Assembly (NCBI GenBank): GCA_977017645.1
Contig: OZ360223.1
Location: 107,384,001-107,448,000, forward strand
Reading direction: 5' to 3'
Source: Torpedo marmorata
Taxonomy: Eukaryota
Length of the DNA: 64,000 bases
The stretch's first letter is position 1; the number at the start of each line of letters is the position of its first letter. The notes below the pieces were generated by a model. The model was not told the DNA's origin. It searched no databases and worked only from the letters and a program-made list of their open reading frames with translations. Positions 1 to 11,831 of this stretch are shown piece after piece. Both the position numbers and the translations under genes were made by a program.

Positions 1-1342
1 TTTCCAACAAATGTTTAATAATTGGTAAATTTTTCTTTCTTACTAATAATAACTTAGAATTCCACTTATAGATAATATCCTCTTTATAATTTTCTCCTAT
101 ATTATTTAATTCTATATTAACCCAGGCAGAAGTTTTAGTTAAATCAAAAAATTCATTAACAAATTTTAATTGAGCTGCTTTATAATAATATTGAAAATTG
201 GGAAGTTGCAATCCTCCCATCTCATAATTCCATGTTAACTTATCCATACTCACTCTTGCTAACTTCCCTTTCCATAAAAATTTCCTAATAATAAACTTTA
301 AATCTTTTTTAAAAAAAATTGGAATTCCAAAAGGGATTGATTGAAAAAGATATTGAATTCTTGGAAAAATATTCATCTTAATACAATTTACTCTCCCCAT
401 TAAAGTTATAGGCAAATCTTTCCAATTTTCCAGATCTTTCTTTATTTTCGTAAATAAAGGTACATAATTTAATTTATATAAATTTTCTAATTTTGTATCC
501 ACTTTAACTCCCAAATATTTAATTCCTTCTTTTGCCCACTTAAATTCCGTAACCTCTCTACATCTAGTATAATCAACTTGAGATAAAGCCATTATTTCAC
601 TTTTATCTGAATTAATTTTATACCCAGATATTTCACCATATTCTGTTAATATAATAGCTAATTGTTGAAGTGATGTAATAGATTTCGTCATATATATTAA
701 TACATCATCTGCAAACAAACTAATCTTATGTTCTTCCATACCTACTTTAATCCCTACTATATTAGGATCTATCCTAATCAATTCAGCCAAAGGTTCTATT
801 GCCAAAACAAATAGAGCTGGTGATAGAGGACATCCCTGCCTCGGAGAACGCGTTAAAGGAAATTTTGGCGATATTTGTCCATTTGTAATTACTTTAGCTG
901 TAGGTTCTCTATATATAGTTTTAATCCAATTTATAAAAATATTCCCAAAACCAAGTTTCTCTAACACCTTAAATAAAAAATTCCATTCTAATCTATCAAA
1001 AGCCTTTTCTGCATCCAACGTTACCACCAATGGTAAATCCTGTTTCTTTTTATGTAAATTAATTAAACTTAATAATCTAGCTATATTATCTTTTGAATAT
1101 CTATTTTTAATAAAGCCAGCTTGATCTGAATGTATCAAATTTGGTAAATATTTAGCTATTCTATTAGCCAAAATTTTTGCTATTATTTTATAATCTACAT
1201 TTAATAAAGAAATAGGTCTATATGACTCAGTTTTTAATACATCTCTATCTTTCTTTGGTATAACTGTAATAATAGCATTCAAAAAGGTTTTCGGTAATAA
1301 ATGGGTTTCCGTAATTTGATTCAATACCTCCATATATGGAGG
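1..1342 (-). mobile_element. L1-clade LINE ORF2 (RT region), 3' part of the L1 interrupted by the BEL element; continues beyond window start
   Basis: Collinear with ORF2 of the intact L1 (about 18200-19535) and nearly identical to 23260-23926. L1 sequence resumes at 8261 after the LTR element. Confidence 0.9.
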
Positions 1343-1895
1343 TATTATGGTGACTTCGATCCAACAATAGTCACCTGGAGGCTAAGTGAGATACTTGTCT
1401 TTGACGCGTTTTAATTAATTTACCAACAAAGTCCAATATGTTCAAAACCTTTATTTACACGTGACTTGCAGTAATCTTCAATGACTTCAATATAAACAGT
1501 TCTTCAAAACGATGTATGATGAGTTTCTTTAAATAATTCCTTAAACAATTCCAAACGATGTATAAGAAGCTATAAAACGCTGTAAAACGGTCAATAAAGA
1601 TATGGAGATCTCACTCACCCTCCTCCATTCATTCCTTTCCTTTTCTCTCCGATCCGCGCATGCTCCGTAGCTCCTATAACACTGCGCACCCTACACCACG
1701 CGTACTACATTTCCCAAACTACCCCGCGCCCAATGACGTCACTTCACATTGCGCATGCGCCCGTCGGCACTCCAGCGCATGCGCAGAGCACAGAACGGGC
1801 CGAGGACGGCCCAACGGACAACGCGAGCGCTCCACAAGCCGATGAGGCGCCGGAGCGCCGCAGCAAGGTAAGTTAATGAGCCTACGGCTCTTACA
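1343..1895 (-). repeat. BEL 3' LTR (553 bp)
   Basis: Direct repeat of 7708-8260 with scattered substitutions; minus-strand ends TGTAAG...ATAATA. Confidence 0.92.
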
Positions 1896-2090
1896 CCGGC
1901 CCCTAATTATTATAATTAGACGCAATGTCTTGAATAATAATTACACTATAAATTATAATAACAATAACCGTAACATTCAAACAATACAAATCTTCTTTCT
2001 TCCTTCTTCATAAACCTAGAGTTTACCATAACTCTGAAAAGTCTGTAACCTGTGAAATATACAACAACAAATAAAGTCAGTTTATATTTA

Positions 2091-2270
2091 TCAAAGTTCC
2101 TCTGTCTCCAACAAACGGCAGACCTTGTTAATAGGTCTGTTTAGAAAACCAGTCTTAGCTTTAATTCACACTTGACGCACAAGTCCTCTTTTGTCTTGAA
2201 AAGTCTCAATAATTTTTCCAAGTAACCAGGAGTTTCTTGAAGTTGAATTATCCATAGCAATCACAATGTT
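2091..2270 (-). pseudogene. Remnant of the BEL pol C-terminal (post-integrase, DUF5641-like) domain
   Basis: Manual translation NIVIAMDNSTSRNSWLLGKIIETFQDKRGLVRQV*IKAKTGFLNRPINKVCRLLE resembles the W.LG.I...DG.VR...RP..K.C tail of BEL polyproteins. Confidence 0.8.
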
Positions 2271-2957
2271 TCTTTAAAGTTCTTTTATCTCCATAATCTG
2301 AGTTAAAACGTCAACCAGTAAACCTCAAATCTTCCTCAGACAAAATAGATACAGTTTTTCTTTTAAATTTAACACAAGGCACTTCTTCAGCATGTCGTTT
2401 CACTTTATTCCTTTCTTCAGTATTCCACTTCTCATGTGAAGAATTTAAACTCTTAGAATTAGAATTTGAATATTTATCTGATCCTTTCGATTTTAAACAG
2501 GTCTGTTTAACCAATCTGGTTTCTATTGCTCTTTCCTGCAATTCTAAATCCAATTTTGCAACTTTCAATTCAGTCTCAGTTCTTTCCGAGAAATTAATAA
2601 TTTGATCTGAAGTCAAAATATCATGTGATACATTGATATTTCAATTGTCAATCCTGTTGCGACAAACTTGAAATGTTTTAATTTCTTCATCTTGTTTGTT
2701 ACATTTCTGCAATGCAATATCACATTCTTTCTGCATTGTTAATTGTTGAACATTCAATTTACATTTTTGATTGGTTTTTAAAGTCAACTGTTTTGTGTTA
2801 TTAACCAATAACTTGTTCTCTTTTAAAACATTAATCTCTTCCTCCAACCTTTTACATTTTGATAATGCTGAATCTCTTTCCTCAATAACTGTATTCATTT
2901 TTTCAGCAGTTATTCTTTTCTTCCGCTTTCTGAGTTTGCAAGTTTTACTTACAATTA

Positions 2958-4144
2958 CCGTATATTTCGGCGTATAAGTCGACCGGCGTATAAGTCGACC
3001 CCCCTTTTTCAGCCTCATTTTAATGGTTTTATGGTATATCCGGCGTATAAGTCGACCCCAAAAATCGCGATGCCTGAGATGTTGCGCATTGACCGGCGTA
3101 TAAGTCGACCCCCAATTTTCAGGCTGTCTGGGCCTCCCAGCAACAACCCAAAATTTGTTACAACATCCCAATCGCCAAGTAACAAAGCTGTAACTTAAGC
3201 AAGTACCGGTAAGTAAAAAAAACAGTAAAAAAACCTTTGCTTCTGGCCGGGAAGATGCAGGTGCGGCGACGTCTTTCTCCCGAGCAGGAGCGGGGAGCTC
3301 GTTCTCCCGAGCAGTAGCGGGGAGCTCGTTCTCCCGAGCAGTAGCGGGGAGCTCGTTCTCCCGAGCAGTAGCGGGGAGTTCGTTCTCCCAGGCAGGAGCG
3401 GGGAGCTCGTTCTACCAGGCAGGAATGGGGAGCTCGTTCTCCCAGGCAGGAGCGGGGAGCTCGTTCTCCCAGGCAGGAGTGGGGAGCTCGTTCTCCCAGG
3501 CAGGAGCGGGGAGCTCGTTCTCCTGAGCAGTAGCGGGGAGCTCGTTCTCCCGAGCAGTAGCGGGGAGCTCGTTCTCCCGAGCAGTAGCGGGGAGCTCGTT
3601 CTCCCGAGCAGTAGCGGGGAGCTCGTTCTCCCAGGCAGGAGCGGGGAGCTCGTTCTCCCGAGCAGTAGCGGGGAGCTCGTTCTCCCAGGCAGGAGCGGGG
3701 AGCTCGTTCTCCCAGGCAGGAGCGGGGAGCTCGTTCTCCCGAGCAGTAGCGGGGAGCTCGTTCTCCCAGGCAGGAGCGGGGAGCTCGTTCTCCCAGGCAG
3801 GAGCGGGGAGCTTGTTCTCCCGGGCAGGAGCGGCGACCTCGTTCTCCCGGGTAGGAGCGGGGAGCTCAGGCTCTACAATTGTAGAATGTCTGGGTGGTTT
3901 ATGGCGGCGCCCGGCGGTGGGGAGGTGTCGGGGAGCGGCGGCGCCGGCGGTGGGGAGGCACTTCCAGGGTCGACCTATACGCCGAATCGTGTTTTCAGGG
4001 GTCGACTTATACGCCGAATCGGCGTGAACTCGATTTTGAGCTGATTTTAAGGTCTCAAAAGTATATCCGGCGTATAAGTCGACCCCCGTTTTTTGAGACA
4101 TTTTTGAGGGTTTCAAGGGTTGACTTATACGCCGAAATATACGG
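2958..4144. mobile_element. Non-autonomous Tc1/mariner-superfamily (Tc2/pogo-like) DNA transposon nested in the BEL element
   Basis: Perfect 23-bp TIR CCGTATATTTCGGCGTATAAGTC; TA TSD at 2956-2957 and 4145-4146; several internal GGCGTATAAGTCGAC copies; no transposase. Confidence 0.92.
3290..3866. repeat. 27-bp minisatellite inside the MITE
   Basis: About 21 tandem copies of two main variants, GCGGGGAGCTCGTTCTCCCGAGCAGTA and GCGGGGAGCTCGTTCTCCCAGGCAGGA. Confidence 0.95.
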
Positions 4145-4172
4145 TAAATCTTTCTGTTTACTGTTTTCTTGA

Positions 4173-7100
4173 TTATCTAATATTTCCAATTCCCCTTTCA
4201 ACATTGTTCTCTGAATTCAATTGCATTAGATTATCATTCACATTATTTTTTATTCCATCAGCACCATTTTCTGTGTTTTCCAGTTTTACATCACATTGCA
4301 ATCTTTCTTCATTAGCTTTGTCTGTTGTAATCTCTGAACTACAAAATCTATATTCAGATTTGTTTTCAGTCACTTGTTTTATTCCTGTATTTGATTCAAT
4401 TACACATGAATGATCAATAGTATTATTTGCAACATTTTCTAATACTTCACTTTCATCCATTTCTGACGAAATTAATTCCTTCAATGTTGTTTTAAATACC
4501 ATTGATTTATTTTCACATTGATCTGTTTTCTTTTCTTCAAAAGTAATTTTCTTATTCACGGTTTTTTGCTCTTCGCTTAACTCTTCAACTTTCTCAACCG
4601 AAATTCTATTAATATTTATCGCTAACTGTTCCTGAGCAATATCATTATTTCTTTCCATTGGTCCATTGATTGTCCAACCAAGCATGGTTCTAATAGCGTA
4701 AGGTCCATTCCTTTTACTCTCTTTTACTTCTTTTGGTACCAATACCTTTGGCACATCTGAACCAATTAGCATTTCTATCTCAGAATTAATTTCAGGTAAA
4801 TAAACCTTCCACAGATAAGCTAAAAGATGGATATCCCTTTGATGAGGAATATTTCCTTCATTCACAGGCATAGTCTTCTGAGTATATACACTAGGAAGAT
4901 CACAAAATTTTTTGTCATCCAATCCAGCAACCTCTAAGCCTGAAACAATGTTAGTTTCAACAACCTTTTCTTGTCCCATGGTTTTTAACATAATTCTTGA
5001 TCTTTTTCCTTGAATATTAAGTTTATTCATTAGTCCTTCCGTGCAAAAAGATGCAGTGCTGCCTGGATCTAGAAATGCATATGTTTTTACTATTGCATCC
5101 CCTTTCTTGGCCTTGACTTGTACAGGCACTATTGAAAGTTTACAGTTATTCACACCGGCCCCGGTACGACCACTTGTCTGAACCGAGGTTATAACATTAT
5201 TTTCTGTTGTTTCCTTTGTTTCTGTTTGCTCCCTTTCCAATTCCTTGTTTCTGTTATGGATATGCAAAATTCTAGGATGTTTCAAATTGCATATGTTACA
5301 ATTAATTCGCTTCTCGCAGTTTTTACTGATGTGTCCTTTACACAGACAGCTAAAACATATTCCATTTTCCTTTAAGAAAGCGATCTTTTCCTTATGTTCC
5401 TTCTTTTCCAATCGTAAACACATTTCCAAAGCATGTCCACCTTTACAGAACAAACAACTCTTTTCATTAGGCAAACTTTCCTTTTCCTTATTTACTTTGT
5501 CATTTTCTTTACTTATAACTTGCACATTAGTAGCAAAAGTACTCCTTTTTAATTTCGGACTAGACTGTGTGTTAGACTTCTTTACATCTTTGCCCATTGA
5601 ATTATCTCTGGTATTTCCATATAGTGGATCTGTTTCAACGTACACCCGTCGTTCAAGAAAATTTACCAAATCCTTTAAGGTAATTTTTCGACCGTAATCT
5701 ACTTGTAAATCACAAGCCAAATCTCTCCATCTATCCCATAACTTGTAAGGTAATTTTTGTAAGATGATTCGCATATTACTATGCACTTCAAGCTCACGAA
5801 TATTATCGATTTCTTCCATAGCATTACAACATCCTCTTAAAAACAGAGTATATTCTTGCAGAGCCTTTACATCATTTTGTTTTATTGATGTCCATTTAAG
5901 AGCTTTATCCATATAAGCTAAAGCAATTCGATGCTTGTTGCCAAAATATTGTTCCAATAAAGCCTTAGCTTTGTCTAATCCTCTTTCTGAAGACATTTGT
6001 TTACAACTCTTTACCAGTTCTTTTGGATGTCCCTTTGTGAACATTTCCAAATAATAAAGACATTCATCACGATCTTGGCATTTATCTTCAATATTGCGTT
6101 TGAAAGATCTCATAAATGATTGATATTGAAGTGGATCACCATCAAAAGTTTGTATCTCTTTCTTGGGTAAAGAAGAGAGAGACTGTAACTGAAACAATGA
6201 TGCAGCAATTTCATTTTGTCTTTCCTTGGACGACAATACATTGCTCTGTTCACTGTTTCTTGTTGCATGCAATGTATCTGGAAACCTCACTGGTGTAGTT
6301 TCTTCCATATTTCTGATGCTTGACTCAAATAACAAAGAAGCTGCTTCGTTCGACCGAACCCAAGCCGCAGCTTTGCTTTCAGATGTTACCACTGGTACAC
6401 GTGACTCGACACCAATATGCTCTTGAAAGGTTTGTCCTTGTATATGTAAGTTTTGTATCCTTGGTTCTAAAATATCTATCCTTTTGGTTGATTTCTTTTC
6501 CTGTGACTCCTTTTTTAAATATGACCTTTTATTATCAGACACTTTAGATAATTTACTTCTAGCACCAGATACCATTGAGCCTTCTATTGCTTTCTGTTCT
6601 GCCTTGGCAATAGCAATGTTTGCTTCCAGCTCCTGCTGTTCTTTTATCTGCCTTAACTGCTCCTTCTCTTGTCTTAGCTGCTCCTTTATCTGCACCTCCT
6701 TTTGTCTTATCTGCTCCTCCTTTTGTTCTAAAATATGTTTATTCTTAAGCATTTTTTATTGTGCAAGAAGAGCGGCCAATTTAACATCAATCTTTGTACG
6801 TGACGATGCAGAACTTGAAGTACGAGAAACTCTGGAGCTCGAACCAGAACTTCTTTTGCTTCTCCTGCTTTCAGCATTTGAGACACTGTCACTTGCTTGT
6901 ATTTCGTCCTGCAGTTCATATGTTGTCTTCATACTTACCTCTTTATCCAATTCGAATTGTATATCCTTTGCATTTTCAACCACTTTAATTTCTTCATCAT
7001 TTGGTGACACAATTTCAGCCATTTCCACGTTATCTTCTTGTTCATCTAATGAAGCTGCCTCTTCATCCTTTGCCTGCTTCAATCTTTCGACAAGAACCTT

Positions 7101-7301
7101 TTTATTTCCACTTATGTCCATTTTTAGTCGCTTCAATTCTTCTTTAATATCCGAAACCTTCATGTCTTCAATACGTTGGTCCTCAACAGCAACATCAGCG
7201 GTTGCTGCGTCAGCTGCTGATACATCAGTAGCTGCTGTATCAGAGGCTGCTGCGGCCATTTTACTCATCTTGTTCCTATTTCCTTCAAGCATACACAACA
7301 C
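4173..7301 (-). pseudogene. BEL gag-protease polyprotein (SAP domain, DUF1759-like gag core, three zinc knuckles, aspartic protease), broken by one in-frame TAA at 6756-6758
   Basis: ORFs 6756..7301 and 4173..6752 share a frame (..LLAQ*KMLKN..). Motifs: MKVSDIKEELKRLKMDISGNKKVLVERL (SAP), FDGDPLQYQSF, CLFCKGGHALEMC, CFSCLCKGHISKNC, CNICNLKHPRILH, AFLDPGS, LIGSD. Confidence 0.88.
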
Positions 7302-7707
7302 TAGCCAAATCTACAGTCCCCAATGGACCAGCGGCAGCAATTCCAATCTGTGTTCTTACTTGCTAAAGATACACAGAAGGAGTCCACAGACTTATGCCAA
7401 CCACTTCAAATGACTGTAATGTGCTGCAATCCACAAACGACTTCCAACCACAACATCCATCACTAATATCACTGATTTTCCAAAAATGGTTTCTCCAACG
7501 TATTTATAGGACACTTTACTATAAGATTTGAAGCTTTAAATCCCTCTCTGGCTGTTATTCACGGCAGATGGATGTGGATTACAAACTGCCCCCAACTCGA
7601 GGCATCTCCAAGATGGCCACCATTTTATCAGTCCAAAGCACAGAGAGATTATTCTATCTTCTTTCCTTCCATTTTCTGTTCCAAAACAGCCAGCTCTTTA
7701 TTGACTA

Positions 7708-8260
7708 TATTACGGTGACTTCGATCCAACAATAGTCACCTGGAGGCTAAGTGAGATACTTGTCTTTGACGCGTTTTAATTAATTTACCAACAAAGTCCA
7801 ATATGTTCAAAACCTTTATTTACACGTGACTTGCAGTAATCTTCAATGACTTCAATATAAACAGTTCTTCAAAATGATGTATGATGAGTTTCTTTAAATA
7901 ATTCCTTAAACAATTCCAAACGATGTATAAGAAGCTATAAAACGCTGTAAAACGGTCAATAAAGATATGGAGATCTCACTCACCCTCCTCCATTCATTCC
8001 TTTCCTTTTCTCTCCGATCCGCGCATGCTCCGTAGCTCCTATAACACTGCGCACCCTACACCGCGCATACTACATTTCCCAAACTACCCCGTGCCCAATG
8101 ACGTCACTCCACACTGCGCATGCGCCCGTCGGCACTTCAGCGCATGCGCAGAGCACAGAACCGGCTGAGGACGGCCCGACGGACAACGCGAGCGCTCCAC
8201 AAGCCGACGAGGCGCCGGAGCGCCGCTGCAAGGTAAGTTAATGAGCCTACGGCTCTTACA
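7708..8260 (-). repeat. BEL 5' LTR (553 bp)
   Basis: Direct repeat of 1343-1895; minus-strand ends TGTAAG...GTAATA. Confidence 0.92.
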
Positions 8261-9775
8261 AAAGGTATTAATAAATCTTTAAATTCCTTGTAAAATTCTA
8301 CTGGAAATCCATCATCACCAGGAGATTTACCACTTTTCAACATCGATAGAACTTCATTAACTTCTCTCATCGTAAAAGGTAGATCCAAAGAATTTTTATT
8401 CTGAATATTCAATTTAGGTAAAGTAATTCTAGATAGAAATCTATTAATTTTCAAATCATCATGATCAACCTGAGATCTATATAATTTCTGATAATAATCT
8501 TTAAAAGATTCATTTATTTCTTGGGGTTTATAAGTTATTTCACCAGTATTTTTTTTCCTTATAGCATTTATAGTTTTAGAAACTTGCTCTTTTTTCAATT
8601 GCCATGCTAAAACCTTATGAGCTTTTTCCCCTAATTCATAATATCTTTGTTTCATTCTTTCAATTAATTTTTCCGTTTTATAAGTTTGTAATAAATTATA
8701 ATGTAATTTCCTTCTTATTAAACGGTTTCTCTTACGAATTGATTTATTTCTCTGTAAATCTTTTTCCATAAGATCGATCTCCTTCTCTAATTTTTCTGCT
8801 TCTTTCAAATAATCTTTCTTAATTTTTACCGAATAGCTTATTATCAAACCTCTTAAATAAGCTTTTAAAGTTTCCCAGATTATAAATTTATCATTAATTG
8901 ATTGATCATTTATCCTCAAAAATTCCTGAATTTCCCTTCTTATATATTCACAAAAATCTGTCCTTTTCAATAAAGAAGGATCAAATCTCCAATTAAATAT
9001 AGTTTTCTCTTTTTCTGGAATTATACAAGTCATTAACAAAGGCGAATGGTCTGAAATTATTCTCGCTTTATATGATACCTGTGATATTCTATCTTGAATT
9101 TGTAAAGATATTAGAAATAAATCTATCCTAGAGTATGAATCATGTCTAAAAGAATAAAATGAATAATCTTTCTCTCTAGGATTCAATTTCCTCCAAATAT
9201 CTATTAAATTCAAATCTTTCATCAAACTAATAATTCTTTTAACTATTTTAGGTCTAACAGACGATCTAGAAGTCCTATCCATTATTGAATCTAAACAACA
9301 GTTGAAATCCCCCCCCAATTAAAATATTTTCCTTAGCATCTGATAAATGTAAAAATGCATCTTGAATAAATTGTTCATCATCTGGATTTGAAACATATAA
9401 ATTCATAAGGGTCCAAAATTCTGAGTAAATCTGACAATATACCAAAACATATCTACCTGCCACGTCTATTACTACCGATTGTATCTTAAAGGGTAATTTT
9501 TTACTAACTAAAATTGCTACCCCTCTAGCTTTAGAATTAAATGTAGAAGCTACCACATGTCCAACCCAATCTCTTTTTAATTTTTGATGTTCAACCTCTG
9601 TTAAATGGGTTTCTTGTAAAAAAGCTATATCTACTTTCAACTTTTTCATATATGCCAAAGTTCTTTTCCTCTTAATTGGGTTGTTAAGCCCATTTATATT
9701 AATACTTACTAAATTTATACTTCTAGAATCCATCATAATCAAATTGTAACCTTTCTCTGTCCATCAAGTCCATTA
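8261..9775 (-). mobile_element. L1 ORF2 5' part (AP endonuclease), 5'-truncated in the inter-ORF spacer; frameshift at the C-run near 9310
   Basis: ORFs 9275..9742 (SININGLN, FLQETH) and 8137..9318 (GGDFN, SRIDLF, SDHSP, KSPGDDGF). Confidence 0.92.
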
Positions 9776-10173
9776 GCGTAATACCTTTAATTATTAGCTA
9801 CAAAAATATTAGACTTAGGAAAAATTGCTGATTGAAGGAGAGATAATGTACAGGAAACTTACAGAAATATATCTGACTTTGCAGTCCAAGCTTGTCATCT
9901 TCCAGCCCATCAAATATCAGATTTGCCAGGCAATTTCAATCACCACCAATGTGATTGCTCCCTCTGGACACCACACCCACCTGCACACATGATATGGGAT
10001 AATTCTTCAGTGTTCAAGGGAAGGGAGACTGAGTATGAGCACCAGAGTTTATTGTCATTTACATAAGTACACTGTACAGGTGCACCAAATTCTTGCTTGT
10101 GCAGCCACACAGGTACATAAAAGACACTAATAATAGTATAAATTAAATTACCACAACATGCCATGAGACATGG

Positions 10174-10400
10174 ATGGCATGGTTAGCGTAGCGGTTAGCA
10201 CAATGCTATTACAGCGCCAGTGACCCAAGTTAGAATCCGGCACTGTCTGTAAGGAGTTTGTACGTTCTTCCCATGTCTGTGTGGGTTTCCTCCAGGTGTT
10301 CCGGTTTCCTCCCACTCTTCAAAACGTAGGGGTTGTAGGTTATTTGGGCGTAATTGGCAGCACGGGCTTCAATGGCCAGAATCGGCTTGTGTTGTAAAAA
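10174..10400 (+). mobile_element. tRNA-derived V-SINE (HE1-like)
   Basis: tRNA-like head (GGTTAGCGTAGCGGTTAGC) followed by the V-domain (GTTTGTACGTTCT..GTGGGTTTCCTCC..CCGGTTTCCTCCCAC) and an A/T tail. Confidence 0.8.
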
Positions 10401-10439
10401 AATTGTAAAAAATTAAATTTAAAAATAGATAATACATAT

Positions 10440-11056
10440 ATTACAGAAGGATATAGATACTTTAGAGAGGGTGCAGAGGAGATTTACCAGAATGTTGCCT
10501 GGATTGGAGAACATGTCTTATGAAGCAAGATTGACAGAACTAGGCCTTCAAAACGTACGGGGGTTGTAGGTCAATTGGGTGTAATTGGGTGGCTCGGGCT
10601 CGTGGGCCAGAAGGGCCTGTTACCATGCTGTATGTCTAAATTAAAAAATAAATAAAAATTTAAAAAAGATGAAAGGTGATTTAATAGAGATAATTAAGAT
10701 TATGAGGGGCTTAGATAAGGCAGTTAGCCAGCACCTTTTCCCCTGGGGTGACAATAGCATATACCAGAGGACATTTGTTTAAGGTGAATGGAGGAAAGTT
10801 TAGGGGAGACGTCAGAGCTAAGTTTCATTGCACAGAGAGTGGTGGCTGCCTGGAATGCATTGCCCAGGTGGTAGTTGAGGCTGGTATAATAGGGACATTC
10901 AAAAGACTCTTGCTTAGGCACATGGATGAAAATAAAATAGAGGGTTATGGGTCTGAGGTAGGGAAGGGTTAGATTGTGGTGGAGTAGGTTTACATAGGTC
11001 GTCACAATATCGTGGGCCAAAGAGCCTCTACTGTGCTGTAATTTTCTATGTTCTAT
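10440..11056 (+). mobile_element. CR1 LINE 3' fragment with a SINE 3' fragment (about 10546-10665) inserted
   Basis: ERVQRRFTRMLPG-coding DNA and CR1 3' UTR ending TTCTATGTTCTA. Confidence 0.75.
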
Positions 11057-11254
11057 CAAGATAGGTAGATAAATATTCCCCGTTGCAATTTTTTTGTGAT
11101 TTCTGAATGGAATGGTGACTATACATTAGAACATAGTTTCTATATTTTCCAAATAATAGGGAACCATTTGGCCTATCAAGTCTCTGCCAGCTCTCAGAGC
11201 ATTCCTATGCCCCCAGCAATTTTTCTTCCTTGCCCCTTATTCTACCCCTCACAT

Positions 11255-11448
11255 ACACACTAGGGGACAATTTACTAGCCTACCAAATAGCTTGTCTTTG
11301 GGATGTGGGAGGAAACCGGAGCGCCCAGGGGGAAACCAAAGGGGTTACAGGGAAAATGTGCAAACTCCACACAAACAGCACGGGAGGTCAGGATTGACCC
11401 AGGTTTTTGGAACTGTCACACAGTGGAATTACTAGCTACGCCACTGTG
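11255..11448 (-). mobile_element. Degraded V-SINE
   Basis: Reverse complement of the V-domain (TGTGGGAGGAAACCGGAGC...GCAAACTCCACAC). Confidence 0.7.
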
Positions 11449-11570
11449 TTACCCAATTCAGTTAGGATCAAATGGGATTGGATGGGATAAATGAGGGAAA
11501 ATAAATCCTTGGAGTTTCCCTGCATTTGAGATGAACTGTTGGGGTATCCATGCCTTGAGTGCTGACTAGC

Positions 11571-11831
11571 TGTGGTAAACCACTATAGTATGTATATGTG
11601 TATTGTGGGCTGGGGCAAGTCTGACCATGACCTGTCTGTCTGTCCCGGTGACTCCTCCCCCTTTCCCCTGGAATAAAGGCCTTGAGCCATTGACTCCACC
11701 CACAGTTCCGGGACAGTCCAGCAGGGATCACCAGGTCAAAGTGTAGCTTAGCCCTGGCCTGATTTCTGGTAATAAAAGCCTATTGATTCCCTGCACTTCC
11801 TGACTCGCGTTAGTCATTGATAGGTACATCA
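11571..11831 (+). repeat. Gypsy 5' LTR (261 bp)
   Basis: TGTGGTAAAC...GGTACATCA, repeated at 15363-15623. Confidence 0.97.

Larger units (their letters stand above)
1343..8260 (-). mobile_element. BEL/Pao LTR retrotransposon, non-autonomous (gag-protease kept; RT, RNase H and integrase core absent)
   Basis: Two 553-bp LTRs. Purine-rich PPT-like AGGGGCCGG precedes the 3' LTR on the minus strand. Gag has three Cys/His knuckles, followed by AFLDPGS protease and a BEL C-terminal remnant. Imperfect 5-bp TSD ggagg (1338-1342) / aaagg (8261-8265). Confidence 0.9.

Noticed and set aside
3290-3866. CRISPR-like array, or a real 234-aa repeat protein (3412..4116)
   Set aside because: The repeats are contiguous with no unique spacers and the context is eukaryotic. 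The frame stays open because the unit is a stop-free multiple of 3 inside a MITE.
6484-7413. 309-aa Ser-rich plus-strand ORF
   Set aside because: Antisense shadow of the BEL gag frame.
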